From positions 1,625 to 65,624 of the forward strand of contig JAFGAZ010000012.1 in NCBI GenBank assembly GCA_016933455.1: a DNA stretch of 64,000 nucleotides, in the 5' to 3' direction. Both the position numbers and the translations under genes were made by a program. How positions within the stretch are numbered: the stretch's first letter is position 1; each line of letters opens with the position of its first letter. Under the pieces are notes generated by a model that saw only the letters and a program-made list of their open reading frames with translations, ran no database searches and was not told the DNA's origin. Source of the DNA: Candidatus Aenigmatarchaeota archaeon (lineage in GTDB: Archaea; Aenigmatarchaeota; Aenigmatarchaeia; Aenigmatarchaeales; Aenigmatarchaeaceae). Positions 1 to 9,602 of the stretch are shown here, in pieces.

Positions 1-139
1 CTCTTGGCGCATAATCTCCGAAAATTTCCTTAGCCATTTCTGGTTCTTGGGCTATTTTTTTGTATGCGAACACGTCAAACATTGTCAAAGGAACAAGTCC
101 TTTTTTGCAGAATACGCTTGGCGTTTTTTGACTTTCCAT
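1..139 (-). CDS. hypothetical protein, C-terminal part cut by window edge
   Basis: ATG at 139..137 (minus). Frame stays open to nt 1 (MESQKTPSVFCKKGLVPLTMFDVFAYKKIAQEPEMAKEIF...). No motif recognised. Confidence 0.3.
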   Translation of the reverse strand, partial: MESQKTPSVFCKKGLVPLTMFDVFAYKKIAQEPEMAKEIFGDYAPR

Positions 140-178
140 ACAATTCATAATGAGTAAAGAGATTTATGCTTAACTGAA

Positions 179-252
179 TGCCCCCGCCGCGATTTGAACG
201 CGGGTCTGTTCCTCCGCAGGGAACTGTTCTATCCAAGCTGAACTACAGGGGC
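179..252 (-). tRNA. tRNA-Arg (anticodon GCG)
   Basis: Reverse complement folds as a cloverleaf: acceptor GCCCCTG/CGGGGGC, D-arm GTTC..GAAC, anticodon stem GTTCC/GGAAC with loop CTGCGGA, T-arm CCGCG-TTCAAAT-CGCGG, discriminator A. CCA is not encoded. Confidence 0.85.
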
Positions 253-293
253 CTCAAGAATAAGATATTAATAAAGGTTAATAAAATATTGTT

Positions 294-1304
294 ATGATAA
301 ACGAACTCGACGAATACCTAAAGGATGTGCAGGCGGCAGATTTGGCTTCTCTTGAAACGTCCATAACCTCGAATGTGCTAGATCCATTGGAAAACCCTAT
401 TTCTTTCAACATCAAGCTGAGGAAAAACCCGGCATTCGGGACAAAGTCGAGAATAGACCTGGAAAGGGAGACAAGAAGAGTCGAGCTCACAGCGGAGCTA
501 AAGCCAAGGGCGCTTATGAACGACTGCATGTTCTGCGACCCGAAAAAGTGCGCCAACTTCGCGCCAGAGACAGGCCTTGAGAAGCAGTACATACAAAACA
601 AGGCCATAACCTTCTCGAACTGGTACGCAAGCGGCATAATACACGGCATCATAGTTTACAACTACACGACCCACATAACAAATCCCATTGACCTTTCTCA
701 CGAGGAGTGGGTGGACGGTTTGAGTCTTGTTCGGAAGATTGGAAAACTTACAAAGAAAAAGTATGTTTCCTTGCACAACAACTACGGCTTAAAGGCGGCA
801 GCCTCTTTGGAGCACTTCCATGGCCAGTACCACTGCGAGGACGAGCCATTGGCAATGACAAAACGAACAATGAAGAATGCTGACAAAGGATACTGGAAGT
901 CCTGGGTAAAGGCCCTAAACAACATGAACCTTGTGTTGGACTTTGATCAGAAGACAAAGACCGTGTTTTTCGTTGAATGGTCCCCTGCTTTCGGCAAGGT
1001 CGAGCTTGTTATAATGAATCTTGAGAACCCCTCGTTTGTTAACCTGAGTGACGACGAGATAGACGCAGTTGCCAAGTACATGCACAGGAGCGTTAGGATA
1101 ATTCGGGAGATAAGCGACCAGTTCAATGTCTTGAACTTCTCAGCTGCTTTGGATGACAATTATTGCAACCATTTCAGGATAATCCCAAGAGCCCCCATGA
1201 CAATTTCTCTAAAGGCATGGCAGGGATATCTGGAGTTCATGGGCGAGACTGTTCCTCACATAGACCCAAACAAGCTAGCAGACGCTGCCAGGGACATGAG
1301 TTAG
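294..1304 (+). CDS. GalT-branch HIT-superfamily nucleotidyltransferase (galactose-1-P uridylyltransferase / NDP-sugar phosphorylase-like)
   Basis: CMFCDP (CxxC zinc motif) followed about 115 aa later by HFHGQ, matching the H-x-H-x-Q active-site signature of the GalT family. 336 aa, ATG start. Confidence 0.55.
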   Translation: MINELDEYLKDVQAADLASLETSITSNVLDPLENPISFNIKLRKNPAFGTKSRIDLERETRRVELTAELKPRALMNDCMFCDPKKCANFAPETGLEKQYIQNKAITFSNWYASGIIHGIIVYNYTTHITNPIDLSHEEWVDGLSLVRKIGKLTKKKYVSLHNNYGLKAAASLEHFHGQYHCEDEPLAMTKRTMKNADKGYWKSWVKALNNMNLVLDFDQKTKTVFFVEWSPAFGKVELVIMNLENPSFVNLSDDEIDAVAKYMHRSVRIIREISDQFNVLNFSAALDDNYCNHFRIIPRAPMTISLKAWQGYLEFMGETVPHIDPNKLADAARDMS

Positions 1305-1373
1305 CATAAAAATTTCTAGTTTTGAGAGAAAAGGTATAGAAAACAATATATTTCATGGGTACCAATACTGGGC

Positions 1374-1793
1374 ATGGTAGATATTAAGACCAAAAGCCTA
1401 TACGATGTCAAACTCAGTAGCGGTTTTACTTACAATAAACTGGAACTGCCGTTTAGTTTTGGTTGTCAAGATTTTGCTCAAATGCCTTATTTCATTAAAG
1501 AGGCTTTGAGAGCAGATGAAATTGGTCTTGAAACGGCAGGCCAAAGCCATGACATTTACGTAAAAAAAGGCTCTAATATTACAGCCCGTTTGCGCATGTG
1601 CAACAATAATGGGAAAGGCGAAATTCTTGTCAAGAAAGATTTCAGAAACTTGGGAAATTTTATGTCTGAAAAAAACAAGAAAATTTTACAGGCAATGTTC
1701 AACTATTCTACAATTGACCATAAACTCACGGAATATCTGGAAGAACGCGGAATAGATGAAGAAAAAAACAAGATAACACAGTTGGCATTTTAA
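1374..1793 (+). CDS. hypothetical protein (139 aa)
   Basis: ATG-initiated ORF filling the gap between two confident genes. No motif recognised. Confidence 0.4.
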   Translation: MVDIKTKSLYDVKLSSGFTYNKLELPFSFGCQDFAQMPYFIKEALRADEIGLETAGQSHDIYVKKGSNITARLRMCNNNGKGEILVKKDFRNLGNFMSEKNKKILQAMFNYSTIDHKLTEYLEERGIDEEKNKITQLAF

Positions 1794-3122
1794 TTAAACA
1801 AGCTTCTTTACAACGCTAGAATACTTTTTGTACAAATCGTTTAGCTTTGTCTTGGTCTTCGCCTCGATGCACAGATTTATCTCGTGAGTGTTCATGCTGG
1901 GCCTGAACAAGACCCACTCGTTCTTGCTCAGTTTCATTCTGACACCGCCCATGACATGCTTTTCGTCGTGGTACTTTTTCTTGAGCCTTTTCATTACCTT
2001 CTTCTTGTTATCGTCGCTCCCGACATTCATGTAGAACTTGCCGATAGGGTTTATCATTGAGAACTTTTTGTCCTTTGCAATCTCAGACAGGCTCTTTTTG
2101 TTTTCTCTTAGTATCTTGGCCATCACGGCGGTTGCCAGAAAGCCGTCTGAAAAAGGATAGTAGTCGTTGAAGGAAAAGTGCGCGCTCTGCTCGCCCCCGA
2201 AAAGCGCCTTTTCGAATGCTATTCTCCTTTCGATATAGCCGTGCCCTATCTTGCTCCATATCAGCTTGCCGTCGCAATTTTCGGTAAGCTCCTTAAGGCC
2301 GCTGGACGCGTCTCTTGTAACTATTATCTTGCCCCTGCTTTTCTTGTCTAGGACATAGTCTATGAATATCGCCATGACTTTGCTTATGTCCACCTCGTTG
2401 CCTTTTTCGTCTATGAACACCGCCCTGTCCCCGTCGCCGTCAAAGGCAACCCCAAAGTCCGCCTTCTTTGCCTTTACCTTGTCTTTTAGTGTTTTTAGGT
2501 TGGACGGATTTAATGGGTCAGGGCTGTCGAAGCCAAAGAAGTTGACGTCCTGGATGTCGTGCAGGGCTGTGACTTCTAGGCCAAGCCTTTTTAGAAGGGG
2601 GATCGTTGTCACAGCAGAGCCGCCAAAGAACTCGGCAACTATTTTGCTGTCGATGCGGCCAATCTTTCTCTTGATGTATGTCAAGTAGTCGTCTGAAATC
2701 TTGCTCTTTGTCATCTTGCCGTTGCCCTCGATGAACTTGCCGAAACTGTAGGTCTTTTTCAAGTCATCGAGTTCGTTGATGAAGCTAATCCCGGACGGTC
2801 TGACCAGCTTTAGGCCGTTCCATTCCTTTGGATTGTGAGAAGCAGTAATCATTGCGCCGAACGTCTTCTTCTTCCATGCGTAAAAGTATAGCATGGGCGT
2901 TGTGACCATGCCAATGTTTACAACATTGCATCCTGTTGAGGTTATTCCCTTTGTGAACTGGTCGAATAGCCTTTTGGAAGAAAGCCTTGTGTCATAGCCA
3001 ACAGCGATGTTCTTGTTGCCCTTGAGCATTGTGCCAAGGGCCTTTCCCATTTTAAGCATTATCTTTTCGTCGATATCCTGCTTGTATATGCCACGTATGT
3101 CGTAGGCTCTAAACAATACCAT
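1794..3122 (-). CDS. alpha-D-phosphohexomutase (phosphoglucomutase/phosphomannomutase)
   Basis: Active-site serine loop TASHNPKEWNGLK and metal loop GVAFDGDGDRAVF. 442 aa. Confidence 0.9.
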   Translation of the reverse strand: MVLFRAYDIRGIYKQDIDEKIMLKMGKALGTMLKGNKNIAVGYDTRLSSKRLFDQFTKGITSTGCNVVNIGMVTTPMLYFYAWKKKTFGAMITASHNPKEWNGLKLVRPSGISFINELDDLKKTYSFGKFIEGNGKMTKSKISDDYLTYIKRKIGRIDSKIVAEFFGGSAVTTIPLLKRLGLEVTALHDIQDVNFFGFDSPDPLNPSNLKTLKDKVKAKKADFGVAFDGDGDRAVFIDEKGNEVDISKVMAIFIDYVLDKKSRGKIIVTRDASSGLKELTENCDGKLIWSKIGHGYIERRIAFEKALFGGEQSAHFSFNDYYPFSDGFLATAVMAKILRENKKSLSEIAKDKKFSMINPIGKFYMNVGSDDNKKKVMKRLKKKYHDEKHVMGGVRMKLSKNEWVLFRPSMNTHEINLCIEAKTKTKLNDLYKKYSSVVKKLV

Positions 3123-3171
3123 ATACTATAATTGTTATCTGGCTTAAAAAAAGAAAATTATGCGTATAGTA

Positions 3172-3450
3172 TTAGCTTTTGTAAAAAATTTTCTTGAAGT
3201 CGTTTAGCAGAAGAGATGTTTTTTTAAGCGATGTCAAGGCTTCTTCGCCTTTTTTTGTTCTTTTACATTCGTATCTATCTTGAGCAGGTTTCCTTTCTTC
3301 TAAAAGTTCTGAACCTATTAAAGAGTTGTAATATTTCAAAAAATTTACGTATGATGTGTTTGATTTGTGATATACACACGTTTTGGATTTCCAGTTTCCC
3401 GTATTTCTAAGAATATTTTCTACTATGTCGTTTCTGCTTCTTTTTGCCAT
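3172..3450 (-). CDS. small winged-helix DNA-binding protein (HTH_45-like)
   Basis: Start moved to ATG 3450 (MAKRSRNDIVENILR...). The pattern IVENIL..x..KT.VYHKSN.SY..F..Y...L....LLE resembles small archaeal wHTH proteins. AT-rich TATA-like sequence lies just upstream. Confidence 0.5.
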   Translation of the reverse strand: MAKRSRNDIVENILRNTGNWKSKTCVYHKSNTSYVNFLKYYNSLIGSELLEERKPAQDRYECKRTKKGEEALTSLKKTSLLLNDFKKIFYKS

Positions 3451-3484
3451 TATTATATTGATATAATAAACTTTAAACGTCTTT

Positions 3485-4954
3485 TCAAGAAACAATTGCT
3501 TTCGGGTGCAGAACAATGGTGTGCGGCTTTGTCATCTCGATTGCGCTGTGCATTACTCCCTGCCTGCCCATGCCGGATTCCTTGTCCCCGCCGAACGTGA
3601 AAAGTCCAACGCCGTGCGTCGGGTGGGCGTTCACATGCACAGAGCCTGACTCTATTCTAAGGCCAGCATCGATTGCCTTGTCAATATCCTGGGTGAATAT
3701 GCAAGAATCCAAGCCGAATTCCGACTTGTTGGAAAGCTCGATTGCTTCCTCATAATTCTTAACCCTGATTATCGTAACAACAGGGCCAAAGGTTTCCTCC
3801 CAGGCAATTCGCATGTTCTTGGTAACATTGTCTAGTAAAGTGGGCTCGAAATAGCCGTGCTCGTATTTCTTGCCTCCACACAAAAGCTTGGCTCCCTTTG
3901 AAATCGCGTCGTCAACAAGCTCCTTGACAAAGCTGGCAGCCTTTTCGTTGATCAGCGGGCCAACAACAGTGTCCTCCTTTGAAGGGTCGCCGAACTTCCA
4001 TTCCTTCATTTCTTCCATTGCCTTTTCAACGAACTTGTCCGCAATTGATTCAACAATTAGTATCCTGCTTATGGCATCGCACCTCTGCCCCGAGAACTTG
4101 AGAGAGCCTATCAGGCATTCTTTCACAGCATTGTCCAAGTTACAGTCGTCAAGTACAATGGCAGGCGCCTTCCCGCCAAGCTCCAAATGGAGCTTTTTCA
4201 TGCCTGCAATGCTTGCCAGGTGCTTGCCCCCCTCTGTTCCGCCGGTGAAGGAAATCATGTCAACGTCAGGATGCGCCACCATAAAGTCGCCTATCTCAGA
4301 GCCCGAGCCAGTCACTATGTTTACTGTCCCGTCTGGCATGCCCGCTTCCTGCATAATCTTTCCAAACATCAAAAGGGAAATCGGGTCTGCGCTTGCAGGC
4401 TTTACAATAACAGAGTTGCCTGCCGCTATTGCAGGAGCGATTTTAGAAATTGCTGTAAACAGAGGATAATTAAAAGGGCTTATTGCCAAAACAACCCCTA
4501 AGGGCTGCCTCATGACAAGGGCTGTGTCTCTTGTTTCCTTGAGAATGTCGCCTCCTATTATCTCGCCTCTTAGGGCCTTGGCTTCTTCTGCTGCAAGCTT
4601 TAGCCTTGTAACGGATGCATGCACCTCTCCTTTTGCAAGGCTTTGAGTCTTGCCCGACTCTTTGCATATGATGTCTATGAAATCTTCAGAGTACTTTTCC
4701 AAAAGCTCTGCCATCTTGATTAGAATCTCGGACTTTCTAAAGGCAGGCATGTTAGCCTTTGGTTTTGATTTGAAAGCAGCCTTTATTGCTTTCTCAGCAT
4801 CTATCTTGGATGCCTTTTGCACCTTTGCTACCAATGAGCCGTTTGCAGGGTTTATGACATCCAATGTTTTTTTTGTGGACGATTCCACCCAATTGCCGTT
4901 TATCAGAAGCTTGTAGGTGTCGCCTGATTTTATCTTGTCAAAAAGCTTGCGCAT
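3485..4954 (-). CDS. gapN: NAD(P)+ aldehyde dehydrogenase, probable non-phosphorylating glyceraldehyde-3-P dehydrogenase (GAPN)
   Basis: ALDH motifs LELGGKAP, FSGQRCDAISR (catalytic Cys) and EETFGPV. Start moved to ATG 4954 (MRKLFDKIKSG...), because the track's 95-aa extension overlaps the divergent PFK gene. The GAPN assignment rests on glycolytic context only. Confidence 0.8.
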   Translation of the reverse strand: MRKLFDKIKSGDTYKLLINGNWVESSTKKTLDVINPANGSLVAKVQKASKIDAEKAIKAAFKSKPKANMPAFRKSEILIKMAELLEKYSEDFIDIICKESGKTQSLAKGEVHASVTRLKLAAEEAKALRGEIIGGDILKETRDTALVMRQPLGVVLAISPFNYPLFTAISKIAPAIAAGNSVIVKPASADPISLLMFGKIMQEAGMPDGTVNIVTGSGSEIGDFMVAHPDVDMISFTGGTEGGKHLASIAGMKKLHLELGGKAPAIVLDDCNLDNAVKECLIGSLKFSGQRCDAISRILIVESIADKFVEKAMEEMKEWKFGDPSKEDTVVGPLINEKAASFVKELVDDAISKGAKLLCGGKKYEHGYFEPTLLDNVTKNMRIAWEETFGPVVTIIRVKNYEEAIELSNKSEFGLDSCIFTQDIDKAIDAGLRIESGSVHVNAHPTHGVGLFTFGGDKESGMGRQGVMHSAIEMTKPHTIVLHPKAIVS

Positions 4955-5047
4955 AATAGAATATTGGTATGCACTATATATTTGTATTGCTTGTGTAATG
5001 CGCGAATTGCTTTGCTTTTTTATTCTAAGAATTTCAAAATATAAACA

Positions 5048-6094
5048 ATGAAAAAAATGAAGATAGGCGTTATGACAGGCGGAGGCGACTGCCCTGGCCT
5101 TAATGCCATAATACAGGCCATAGTGAAAAAGGCCAACGACTACAAGTTTGAGGTAGTCGGATTTCTTGACGGCTATACAGGCCTTGTAGAAGGCAATGCC
5201 AAGACTTTGACTGTTGATGATGTCAACGACATTTATCAAGATGGCGGAACTATTATCGGGACATCAGGGGCAAATCCCTTCAAGCTAAAGGACGGCCAAA
5301 AAAAGATGCTTGATACTCTGGAAAAATTCAAGATAGACGTTATGATTATTGTGGGTGGGGACGGCACTTTGAGCTCTGCTAAAAAGTTAAGCGGGCTTGG
5401 CGTCAATGTCATTTGCATTCCAAAGACAATCGATAACGATTTGTCATCAACAGACTACTGCATCGGCTTTCAGAGCGCAGTTGAAACAGCGGCCGAGGAG
5501 ATATCAAGGCTGCAGACAACTGCAAAGTCCCATGACAGGGTGATGATTGCAGAGCTCATGGGAAGAAGTTCAGGCTGGCTGACCTTGATGTCAGGCCTTG
5601 CTGGGGGGGCCCATATAATTCTTGTTCCTGAAAAAGAAGTCGACATTGACAAGGTATGTAAGATAATAAAAAAGAGGAGAAAGCTTGGCAAGACCTACAC
5701 GGTTATCGCTGCATCAGAGGGCATAAACCTGAAAAACTGCGATATTCCTCTTGTTGCTAGCGATGAGAGAGACGAGTCCGGCAACATCAGGATGGTCACA
5801 AGAAGGGTTGCTGAGGTTTTGGAAAAAGAGATAGAGAAAAAGACAGGCATTTCGACAAGGTCTGTTGTTTTGGGGCATGTGCAAAGAGGGGGCTCGCCTG
5901 TTGCATTCGACATAAACTTTGGCATAAGGCTTGGCTTATCTGCTGTTGAAATGGCCAAGAAGAAAAAATTCGGCTATGCTGTCGTCATAAAGGGAGTTAA
6001 GATATCCAGTGTCAAGATAGAAGACGTTGTCGAGAAAACAAAGGTCTTGGACAAGAAACTTTTGAAGCTTGCGGACTTTTTTTCTATGATGTGA
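5048..6094 (+). CDS. pfkA: 6-phosphofructokinase (PfkA family; phosphoryl donor uncertain)
   Basis: GVMTGGGDCPGLNAII, IVGGDGTL, IPKTIDNDL, MGRSSG, LGHVQRGG. Confidence 0.9.
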   Translation: MKKMKIGVMTGGGDCPGLNAIIQAIVKKANDYKFEVVGFLDGYTGLVEGNAKTLTVDDVNDIYQDGGTIIGTSGANPFKLKDGQKKMLDTLEKFKIDVMIIVGGDGTLSSAKKLSGLGVNVICIPKTIDNDLSSTDYCIGFQSAVETAAEEISRLQTTAKSHDRVMIAELMGRSSGWLTLMSGLAGGAHIILVPEKEVDIDKVCKIIKKRRKLGKTYTVIAASEGINLKNCDIPLVASDERDESGNIRMVTRRVAEVLEKEIEKKTGISTRSVVLGHVQRGGSPVAFDINFGIRLGLSAVEMAKKKKFGYAVVIKGVKISSVKIEDVVEKTKVLDKKLLKLADFFSMM

Positions 6095-6098
6095 AATT

Positions 6099-7229
6099 AT
6101 GGACCATTTAGAATATTTCAGCAGTAAAAGAAATCCTCTGTCAGGAGATTTGGTTTTCGACGCCTTGTTTCCCCCAAAGGAAATAATTCTGGCCGCCAAT
6201 GCAAGAGTTTCCATGCAGATTATCGAGGGAATACTAAAGGCTGCCAAGGAAACGCAAAACGTTGTTATTTTGGAGATGGCTTTGTCTGAGATGAATCTTG
6301 ATGGCGGATATTGCGGGGTCACGCCAAAAACTTATGCCAATCGCGTAAGCAGGGCTGCAAAAAATGTTGGCTGGTATGGCTATGTTCTTCATGCTGATCA
6401 TCTAACTGTCAAGAAAGGAACTAGAGATGAGATTGAAAATCTGAAAAAGGAAATAGACGCAAGGGTTAATGCCAAGTTCTCCAGTTTCGCAATAGACACT
6501 TCGCTTCTTTTCGACAATACAAAGGGGAAATCTGAGGACCGTTTGAAAAAAGTCATAAAAAATTATGTCATACTTTTCAAACACCTCAAAGGCAAATTAG
6601 ACAGTTTCGGCAAAGAGGGCGAGGTCGGGGAGATAGGTATTAAGGAATTCACAAGGGTCGAAGATGCCATTTATTTTCTAGAAAAACTTAAGGAAAACGA
6701 TATAGAGCTTAATTGGCTTGCCATCTCAAACGGGTCAAAGCATGGGATTAGTGTTGATGAAAATGGAAACATAATACCGAATAACAATATCAACATAAAA
6801 ATAACGGAAAAGATTGCTGATGAGATTTCCAAAAAGTACAAGACAAGAATTGTGCAGCACGGGACAACAGGAACTCCAATTGATTTCATAGAGAAAAAAT
6901 TCCCCAAGGGCAAGATAAGCAAATGCAATGTTGCAACGCACTGGATGCTGCTTGTCTGGGACATACTCAAAACATACGAACCCAAATTATACAAGAAAAT
7001 TTACGATTGGACAATAGAAAAATACAAGAGCGATAGTGTCTGTGATGCAGAGACTTTTGCCAAAAACAGCAAGTACGCCATAAAGCATTTCTTTGACGAA
7101 ATAGAGAACATAAGCGATGCTGCCAAGAGCGCTATAAGGAAAAAGTCCTACGAAGACGCATTGATTTTCTTCAAAGCATTTGGAATGAAAAAGACAGCCA
7201 AAAAAGTCTATGAACACATGAACAAATAG
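6099..7229 (+). CDS. fba: class II fructose/tagatose-bisphosphate aldolase family protein
   Basis: Ordered class II aldolase motifs: VLHADHL (HxDH), FAIDTS, EGEVGEIG, ISNGSKHG, VQHGTTGTP. It starts 4 nt after the PFK stop. Confidence 0.7.
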   Translation: MDHLEYFSSKRNPLSGDLVFDALFPPKEIILAANARVSMQIIEGILKAAKETQNVVILEMALSEMNLDGGYCGVTPKTYANRVSRAAKNVGWYGYVLHADHLTVKKGTRDEIENLKKEIDARVNAKFSSFAIDTSLLFDNTKGKSEDRLKKVIKNYVILFKHLKGKLDSFGKEGEVGEIGIKEFTRVEDAIYFLEKLKENDIELNWLAISNGSKHGISVDENGNIIPNNNINIKITEKIADEISKKYKTRIVQHGTTGTPIDFIEKKFPKGKISKCNVATHWMLLVWDILKTYEPKLYKKIYDWTIEKYKSDSVCDAETFAKNSKYAIKHFFDEIENISDAAKSAIRKKSYEDALIFFKAFGMKKTAKKVYEHMNK

Positions 7230-7235
7230 CAACAT

Positions 7236-8411
7236 TCAAACTATTTTGTTTTCAACTAAAATTCTTAGAACTTCCGCAACGCTCCATGCCTGTGATGTTG
7301 TTCCCCCTGGCTCATAAGGTGAATTTCCTGAAAATACTTCCGGTAATGACTTGTATGGGCTCTCAAGGCAGAACCTAACCAAAGGTGTTAGAACCTCTTT
7401 GATTTCTTTTTCTCTTCCAAGCTTTGCCAGTGCGTCGCAGTAGCCGCCCATAAGCCAGGGCCAAGCAGTACCCTGATGATATGCCTTGTCTTTTTCCTCT
7501 ATAGGAAGAGATGTGTCGTACGTTCCAATGTATCGGTGGTCCTTTGGAGAGAGTGTTCTAAGGCCTCCTGGCGTTAGAAGCTCTTCCTCTACTTTCTTTA
7601 GCACCTGCTTTTGCCTCATTTTGGAAAGAAGGTCGTCATTGACAGCAAATATCATGTTGGGTCGAACAGACCAGCCGTAAGGGTCGCCGTCAACAACGTC
7701 CATTAGGCATCTTTGGCTTTTGTTCCAGAACTTTTTGCTAAAAGAGGCCCTGATGTTTTCCGTAAGGTAGACATGGTTGTTGTCAAAATTAGAAAGGAAT
7801 TTCAATGCCTCGTACCAGAGAACGTTTATCTCCACCGCCTTGCCGTTCCTTGGTGTTATGGGCTCTGCTTTGCCGAAGCAGTCGGCGTCCATCCAGGTCG
7901 CCTGAGCTGGGCTAACCAAAAAGCCGTCGTCATCCATCCAGATGTTTTGCCTTTTGCCGCATCTCTTGTAGAAGGTCCCCTTTTTGTAAGAGTCTATAAC
8001 GCTTTTCATGGTCGGCAGCATCTTCTTGACGAATTCGGAATCGTTCGTGTATTCATGGTACTTTTTCATGGCGTGGACAAACCACAAAGAAGCGTCAACT
8101 GAATTGTACTCTGCGCATTCCTTTTGAATGATGTTGGGTATTATTCCGTTTTTCTGGAATTTTGCAAACCTTTCGAAAACCTGTTTTGCCTCTTTGAACT
8201 TTTTTCTAGTCAAAAGTATACCCGGCAGTGAGACAAACGAGTCCCTGCCGTACTCGTGCAAAAACCAGTCGCGGCTCGCAGCCCATATCTGCACAGAGCC
8301 GCCCACCTTTTTGACAAACAAGTCGGCAGCTTGATTGAACGTTTTCAATACTGCTTTATTGTCCCATTCGAACTTTCCTGTTTTAAGCACAGTTTCCTGG
8401 TTGGCTGACAT
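7236..8411 (-). CDS. amylo-alpha-1,6-glucosidase / glycogen debranching enzyme (GDE_C catalytic domain only)
   Basis: YHQGTAWPWLMGGY and SQAWSVAEVLR are typical of the (alpha/alpha)6 GDE C-terminal domain. At 391 aa it lacks the N-terminal domain of longer archaeal homologues. Confidence 0.8.
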   Translation of the reverse strand: MSANQETVLKTGKFEWDNKAVLKTFNQAADLFVKKVGGSVQIWAASRDWFLHEYGRDSFVSLPGILLTRKKFKEAKQVFERFAKFQKNGIIPNIIQKECAEYNSVDASLWFVHAMKKYHEYTNDSEFVKKMLPTMKSVIDSYKKGTFYKRCGKRQNIWMDDDGFLVSPAQATWMDADCFGKAEPITPRNGKAVEINVLWYEALKFLSNFDNNHVYLTENIRASFSKKFWNKSQRCLMDVVDGDPYGWSVRPNMIFAVNDDLLSKMRQKQVLKKVEEELLTPGGLRTLSPKDHRYIGTYDTSLPIEEKDKAYHQGTAWPWLMGGYCDALAKLGREKEIKEVLTPLVRFCLESPYKSLPEVFSGNSPYEPGGTTSQAWSVAEVLRILVENKIV

Positions 8412-8495
8412 GATTACAATATTTAGAATACTGAAATAAAACCTTTATCCAAAGCGTTTTAAGCCTTTTGGGATTCAATAATTTATAGTGATATT

Positions 8496-8891
8496 ATGAA
8501 AAAACAGATAAATCAAAATAGATTATTCATTCCCCTATATCTCAAGGAAAGGGTAGTCGAGACATCAAAGAAAAGCTATGAATTCGAAAAAAACCAGGTA
8601 GATACGAAAGAAAATAAGGGTTTGTATAATCTTGAGAAAAAAGAAGACTACATTTTCAAGCTCACGAACCATATAATCAGCCCTTCCAAAATTTCTGTTC
8701 CAATGAACGATGTACTTAAAATCCTCGATAATATAGAAAAACCACAAGAAAAAGTAAAAGACGAAATACAAAAATATTCAATTGTTCTAAGAATGAGCCC
8801 CTTTGATAAAAAGCAAACACCTGATAATGGATACCTTGGTGGTATTGATGTTATGACAGGTGAAAAAGCAACTGATTATAGTTTTGATTGA
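8496..8891 (+). CDS. hypothetical protein (131 aa)
   Basis: ATG ORF in an otherwise empty gap. Lys/Glu-rich, no motif recognised. Confidence 0.4.
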   Translation: MKKQINQNRLFIPLYLKERVVETSKKSYEFEKNQVDTKENKGLYNLEKKEDYIFKLTNHIISPSKISVPMNDVLKILDNIEKPQEKVKDEIQKYSIVLRMSPFDKKQTPDNGYLGGIDVMTGEKATDYSFD

Positions 8892-8939
8892 TTTTGTTGT
8901 AAAGAAAAAGTTTAATAGACGATTCAAGGATATATAATT

Positions 8940-9602
8940 ATGAAGACGCCCGTCTTGATAGTTAACCTAAAGCAGTACGACCAGTCTCTCGGCAGAAACT
9001 CAATAAAGTTTGCAGAGATAGCTAAGAAGATGTCAGACAAGCACAATGTTTCTGTTGTTATTGCTCCGCCAGCCCCGATGATTGATGATACTTCTAGCAT
9101 ATGTTTGACAATGTCTCAGCACATTGATCCCTACGAGCCTGGTGCTCACACGGGTTCGCTTCTGGCAAAGCATGTAAAAGAGCTAGGTTGCATAGGCACC
9201 ATAATTAATCATTCTGAAAAAAGAATTTCTTATGAAAATATTGAAAAGTGCGTCGAGCTTTGCAAAAAGCACAGGTTAATTTCCGTTGTTTGCGCCAAGG
9301 ACAACAAGGAAGCAGGGGAATTGGCTGCATTAAAACCTGATTTTATTGCAGTGGAGCCTCCCGAGCTTATCGGAGGGGACATATGCGTTACAACAAAGCC
9401 TGAGGTTATTGTCGAATCCGTAAAGGCAGTTAGTGATGTTTCCCCTCAAACAAAAGTCCTGTGCGGTGCGGGAGTTAAGCACAGGGACGATGTTGAAAAG
9501 GCAATCGAACTCGGATCCCAGGGAATACTTGTTGCATCAGGGGTTGTAAAGGCAGACGACATAGAAAATGCAATGGAAGACCTTGTGATGGGGATGCTAT
9601 GA
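8940..9602 (+). CDS. tpiA: triosephosphate isomerase, archaeal type
   Basis: IINHSEKR, AVEPPELIGG, CGAGV. 220 aa, typical of short archaeal TIMs. Confidence 0.9.
   Translation: MKTPVLIVNLKQYDQSLGRNSIKFAEIAKKMSDKHNVSVVIAPPAPMIDDTSSICLTMSQHIDPYEPGAHTGSLLAKHVKELGCIGTIINHSEKRISYENIEKCVELCKKHRLISVVCAKDNKEAGELAALKPDFIAVEPPELIGGDICVTTKPEVIVESVKAVSDVSPQTKVLCGAGVKHRDDVEKAIELGSQGILVASGVVKADDIENAMEDLVMGML

Noticed and set aside
4955-5239. 95-aa N-terminal extension of the aldehyde dehydrogenase ORF in the track (start 5239).
   Set aside because: The extension overlaps the divergent PFK gene and has no ALDH similarity. ALDH-like sequence begins at the in-frame ATG 4954 (MRKLFDKIKSGDTYKLLINGNW).
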